Shown here piece after piece: positions 29,276 to 32,000 of a DNA stretch of 32,000 nucleotides (positions are counted from its first letter, which is position 1; every line of letters starts with the position of its first letter). A program made the translations under genes and the position numbers. This stretch comes from Candidatus Saccharimonadota bacterium (GTDB lineage Bacteria; Pseudomonadota; Gammaproteobacteria; Enterobacterales; Enterobacteriaceae): contig CP188087.1 of assembly GCA_049942775.1 (NCBI GenBank), positions 210,001 to 242,000 of the forward strand, read 5' to 3'. The notes under the pieces were generated by a model. That model worked only from the letters and a program-made list of their open reading frames with translations, did not search any database and had not been told where the DNA came from.

Positions 29276-30124
29276 TTATTCAATTTTCCCAATTCTAGAT
29301 AATCGGAAACCTGTAGGCCATTTGTGAGGTTTTTGTTTTAAACTCATCCAAATATAAATAGCTTTTCCTATTAAGTTTTTTTCAGGTACGTATCCCCAAT
29401 ATCTACTATCGTAACTATTATCTCTATTATCTCCAATCATAAAATATTTTTTTTTTGGAACAGTCCATATTCTTATTGAATTGATTTTTTTTTTATCATA
29501 CTTATGTAAAAGTATAAAGTATGACTTATTATTTATCATTTCTCTAGCTATTTTTAGTATTGAATAGCTTTTATTGTTTCGTTTATTACTATTTATTTCA
29601 ATAAAGCTACTATTTTTCATTTTTGATCTGTAAAAATAAATAATTTTACACTTTTTTTTGTTTTTACATGCAGGAATAATAAACATTTTATTATTTTTAG
29701 TATTAAAAAAAATTTTATCTCCTGGAATTCCTATTACTCGTTTAATATAGTTAATTTGATTATTTTCTGGATCTTTAAAAACTACTACGTCTCCACGTTT
29801 AGGAAGATTCGTTTTAAAAATAGTTTTTTGAAAAATGGGATCTTTAATTCCATAAGCAAATTTTTTTACTAAAATAAAATCTCCTACAAATAATGTAGGC
29901 ATCATCGACTCTGATGGAATTCGAAATGGTTCTAAAATAAATGAACGAAATATAAATATTAATATAAATATAGGAAGCATCGAAATAGCATTTTTTTTAA
30001 ATTTTTCAAAAAAAATGTTCTTTCTACTATATATTTTTTTTTTTTTTAAAATTGTATCAATTATCCATGTAATTCCAAAAATAAAAATAATTGTTAACAG
30101 AATAACTGATATATTTTTTTCCAT
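29276..30124 (-). CDS. lepB: signal peptidase I
   Basis: 282-aa ORF with an N-terminal TM segment. Motifs: IPSESMMPTL (catalytic Ser), YIKRVIGIPGD (catalytic Lys box), GDNRDNSYDSRYWG. It contains an in-frame T14 run (30034-30047). Confidence 0.93.
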   Translation of the reverse strand: MEKNISVILLTIIFIFGITWIIDTILKKKKIYSRKNIFFEKFKKNAISMLPIFILIFIFRSFILEPFRIPSESMMPTLFVGDFILVKKFAYGIKDPIFQKTIFKTNLPKRGDVVVFKDPENNQINYIKRVIGIPGDKIFFNTKNNKMFIIPACKNKKKCKIIYFYRSKMKNSSFIEINSNKRNNKSYSILKIAREMINNKSYFILLHKYDKKKINSIRIWTVPKKKYFMIGDNRDNSYDSRYWGYVPEKNLIGKAIYIWMSLKQKPHKWPTGFRLSRIGKIE

Positions 30125-30136
30125 TTAAATATCCTC

Positions 30137-31924
30137 TTATTTTTTTAAAATTGATAGAAATAGTTCTTTTGAAAGTGATATATTTCCAATTTTTTTCATT
30201 TTTTTCTTTCCATCTTTTTGTTTCTGTAGTAGTTTTTTTTTTCTGGAAATATCTCCACCATAACACTTTGAAAGTACGTTTTTTCTTAGTTGCTTTACTG
30301 TTGATCTTGCAATAATGCAATTTCCAATTGTGGCTTGTATAACAATGTCGAATTGTTGTCTTTGAATAAAATTTTTAATTTTTTCTATGATAATTTTTGC
30401 TTTATAGTTGACGTTACTTCGATGAACTATCGTTGACAACGAGTCAATTTTAGTTTTGTTTATTAAAATATCTAATTTAACTAAATCAGCAGTTTTAAAA
30501 AATTTAAATTTATATTCTAATGATGCATATCCACTAGAAATAGATTTTATAGAATCAAAAAAATTTGTAATAACTTCTGACATAGGTACTAAATATTTAA
30601 CAGAGACTTGTCGACAATGATATAAAATGTTTGTTTGACGGCCTCTATTTTTTTCACAAAATTGAATAATTTCTCCTAAATACTGAGGAGGTGTTAAAAT
30701 ATTACACTCAGCTATTGGTTCTCTTACTTCTTTTATTTTATTAATTGGTGGAAAGTTATCAGGAATAGATACACATATACTTTTTCCATTTAATAATTCT
30801 ATTTCATAAATAACACTAGGAATTGTTGAAATCAATTCAATGTTGTATTCTCTTTCTAGTCTGGCTTGTACAATTTCCATATGTAAAAGTCCTAAAAAAC
30901 CACATCTAAAACCAAATCCTAAAGATGAAGAACGCTCATTTTCATAAAATAATGAAGAATCATTCAAACTAAGTTTTTCTAGTGCGTTTTTAAATAATTT
31001 ATATTTTTTAGAATCTAGTGGAAATAAACCTGCATATATTTTAGGACTAACTTTTTTAAAGCTTAATAGTGGAAATTTAGCTGATTTTTTTTCTGTAGTA
31101 ATTGTATCTCCTACAGGGAATGCTGTTATATTTTTGACTCCACAAGATATCCAACCTACTTCTCCTATTTCTATTTTTTCACATAAAACAATTTTAGGAG
31201 TAAAAATTCCTATTTTTTCTACTTGATATTTTTTTCCAGTACTCATTATTTTTATTCTATTTCCAATACTAATTGTTCCGTTTTTTATTCGTATTAACGA
31301 TATAACTCCTAGATAATTATCAAACCAAGAATCAATAATTAAAGATTGAAGAGGAACATTTTTGTTTCCTAAAGGTTCTGGTATATCAATAATAATTCTT
31401 TCTAAAATTTCTGATATTCCTATTCCTGTTTTAGCAGAACAACAAATTGGTTCAATATTTTTTATTTCTAAAATATTTTTAATTTCTTTTTTTGTTTGTT
31501 CTATATTAGAAGTAGGAAGATCTATTTTGTTTATTATTGGAATTATTTTTAAATTCATATTTATTGCAGTATTATAGTTAGAGACTGTTTGTGCTTCTAC
31601 TCCCTGAGTAGAATCTATTATTAATAGTGCTCCTTCGCAAGCTGATAGAGACTTAGAAACTTCATATGAAAAATTCACATGACCAGGAGTATCAATTAAG
31701 TTAAAAAAAAATAATTTTCCTTTTTTTTTTGAAAAATATTTTAATGTTACACTTCTTGCTTTGATTGTAATACCTCTTTCTTTTTCTAAATCCATAGAAT
31801 CTAGTACTCTACTAGACATTTCTCTTTTAGATAAAGCACCACATTGTTTTATAAAACAGTCTGCTAAAGTAGATTTACCATGATCAATATGTGCAATAAT
31901 AGAAAAATTTCTTATATTTTTCAT
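30137..31924 (-). CDS. lepA: translation elongation factor 4 (LepA)
   Basis: 595-aa ORF. The N-terminus [20 protein letters not shown] is identical to E. coli LepA, with DTPGH and NKIDL GTPase motifs. It is followed by lepB as in the enterobacterial lepAB operon. Confidence 0.97.
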   Translation of the reverse strand: MKNIRNFSIIAHIDHGKSTLADCFIKQCGALSKREMSSRVLDSMDLEKERGITIKARSVTLKYFSKKKGKLFFFNLIDTPGHVNFSYEVSKSLSACEGALLIIDSTQGVEAQTVSNYNTAINMNLKIIPIINKIDLPTSNIEQTKKEIKNILEIKNIEPICCSAKTGIGISEILERIIIDIPEPLGNKNVPLQSLIIDSWFDNYLGVISLIRIKNGTISIGNRIKIMSTGKKYQVEKIGIFTPKIVLCEKIEIGEVGWISCGVKNITAFPVGDTITTEKKSAKFPLLSFKKVSPKIYAGLFPLDSKKYKLFKNALEKLSLNDSSLFYENERSSSLGFGFRCGFLGLLHMEIVQARLEREYNIELISTIPSVIYEIELLNGKSICVSIPDNFPPINKIKEVREPIAECNILTPPQYLGEIIQFCEKNRGRQTNILYHCRQVSVKYLVPMSEVITNFFDSIKSISSGYASLEYKFKFFKTADLVKLDILINKTKIDSLSTIVHRSNVNYKAKIIIEKIKNFIQRQQFDIVIQATIGNCIIARSTVKQLRKNVLSKCYGGDISRKKKLLQKQKDGKKKMKKIGNISLSKELFLSILKK

Positions 31925-32000
31925 TTTTTATCTTTTTTTAAATTTTTCTAAAAATTTTTTTATAGTTAAATATTAATTTATTAGGTTAGTAAAATACTAA

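Overview
This window looks like a typical segment of a highly reduced, extremely AT-rich gammaproteobacterial endosymbiont genome. Gene content, gene order and the 16S sequence point to Buchnera aphidicola. The strain cannot be determined from sequence alone, though the AT-richness resembles the most reduced lineages. Standard genetic code applies (Trp = TGG; TAA and TGA are used as stops). The window is densely packed with housekeeping genes in ancestral enterobacterial order: degP | dapD, map | rpsB-tsf-pyrH-frr | 814-bp ORF-free spacer | bamA-fabZ-dnaE | proS | flhB-flhA | argS | rrs-tRNA-Ile-tRNA-Ala (no 23S/5S) | gloB, rnhA (frameshifted) | dnaQ-tRNA-Asp-gpt-grpE-smpB-tadA | acpS, era, rnc, lepB, lepA. 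I see no CRISPR array, mobile element, prophage, toxin or defence locus, and no convincing novel multi-gene system. The points most worth a second look are reductive-evolution oddities. (1) ProRS has lost, in frame, essentially the whole INS editing domain. (2) rnhA is split by a 1-nt length change in a poly(A) tract, but both halves stay conserved, so rescue by transcriptional slippage is possible. (3) The unusually large decaying spacer sits where dxr/uppS/cdsA/rseP should be. (4) FlhB has an NPVH variant of the NPTH autocleavage motif. (5) The rrs operon is truncated right after tRNA-Ala, yet keeps a promoter, a boxA-like element and an RNase III processing stem. All calls rest on my own reading of the sequence and remembered E. 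coli homologues; no database search was run.
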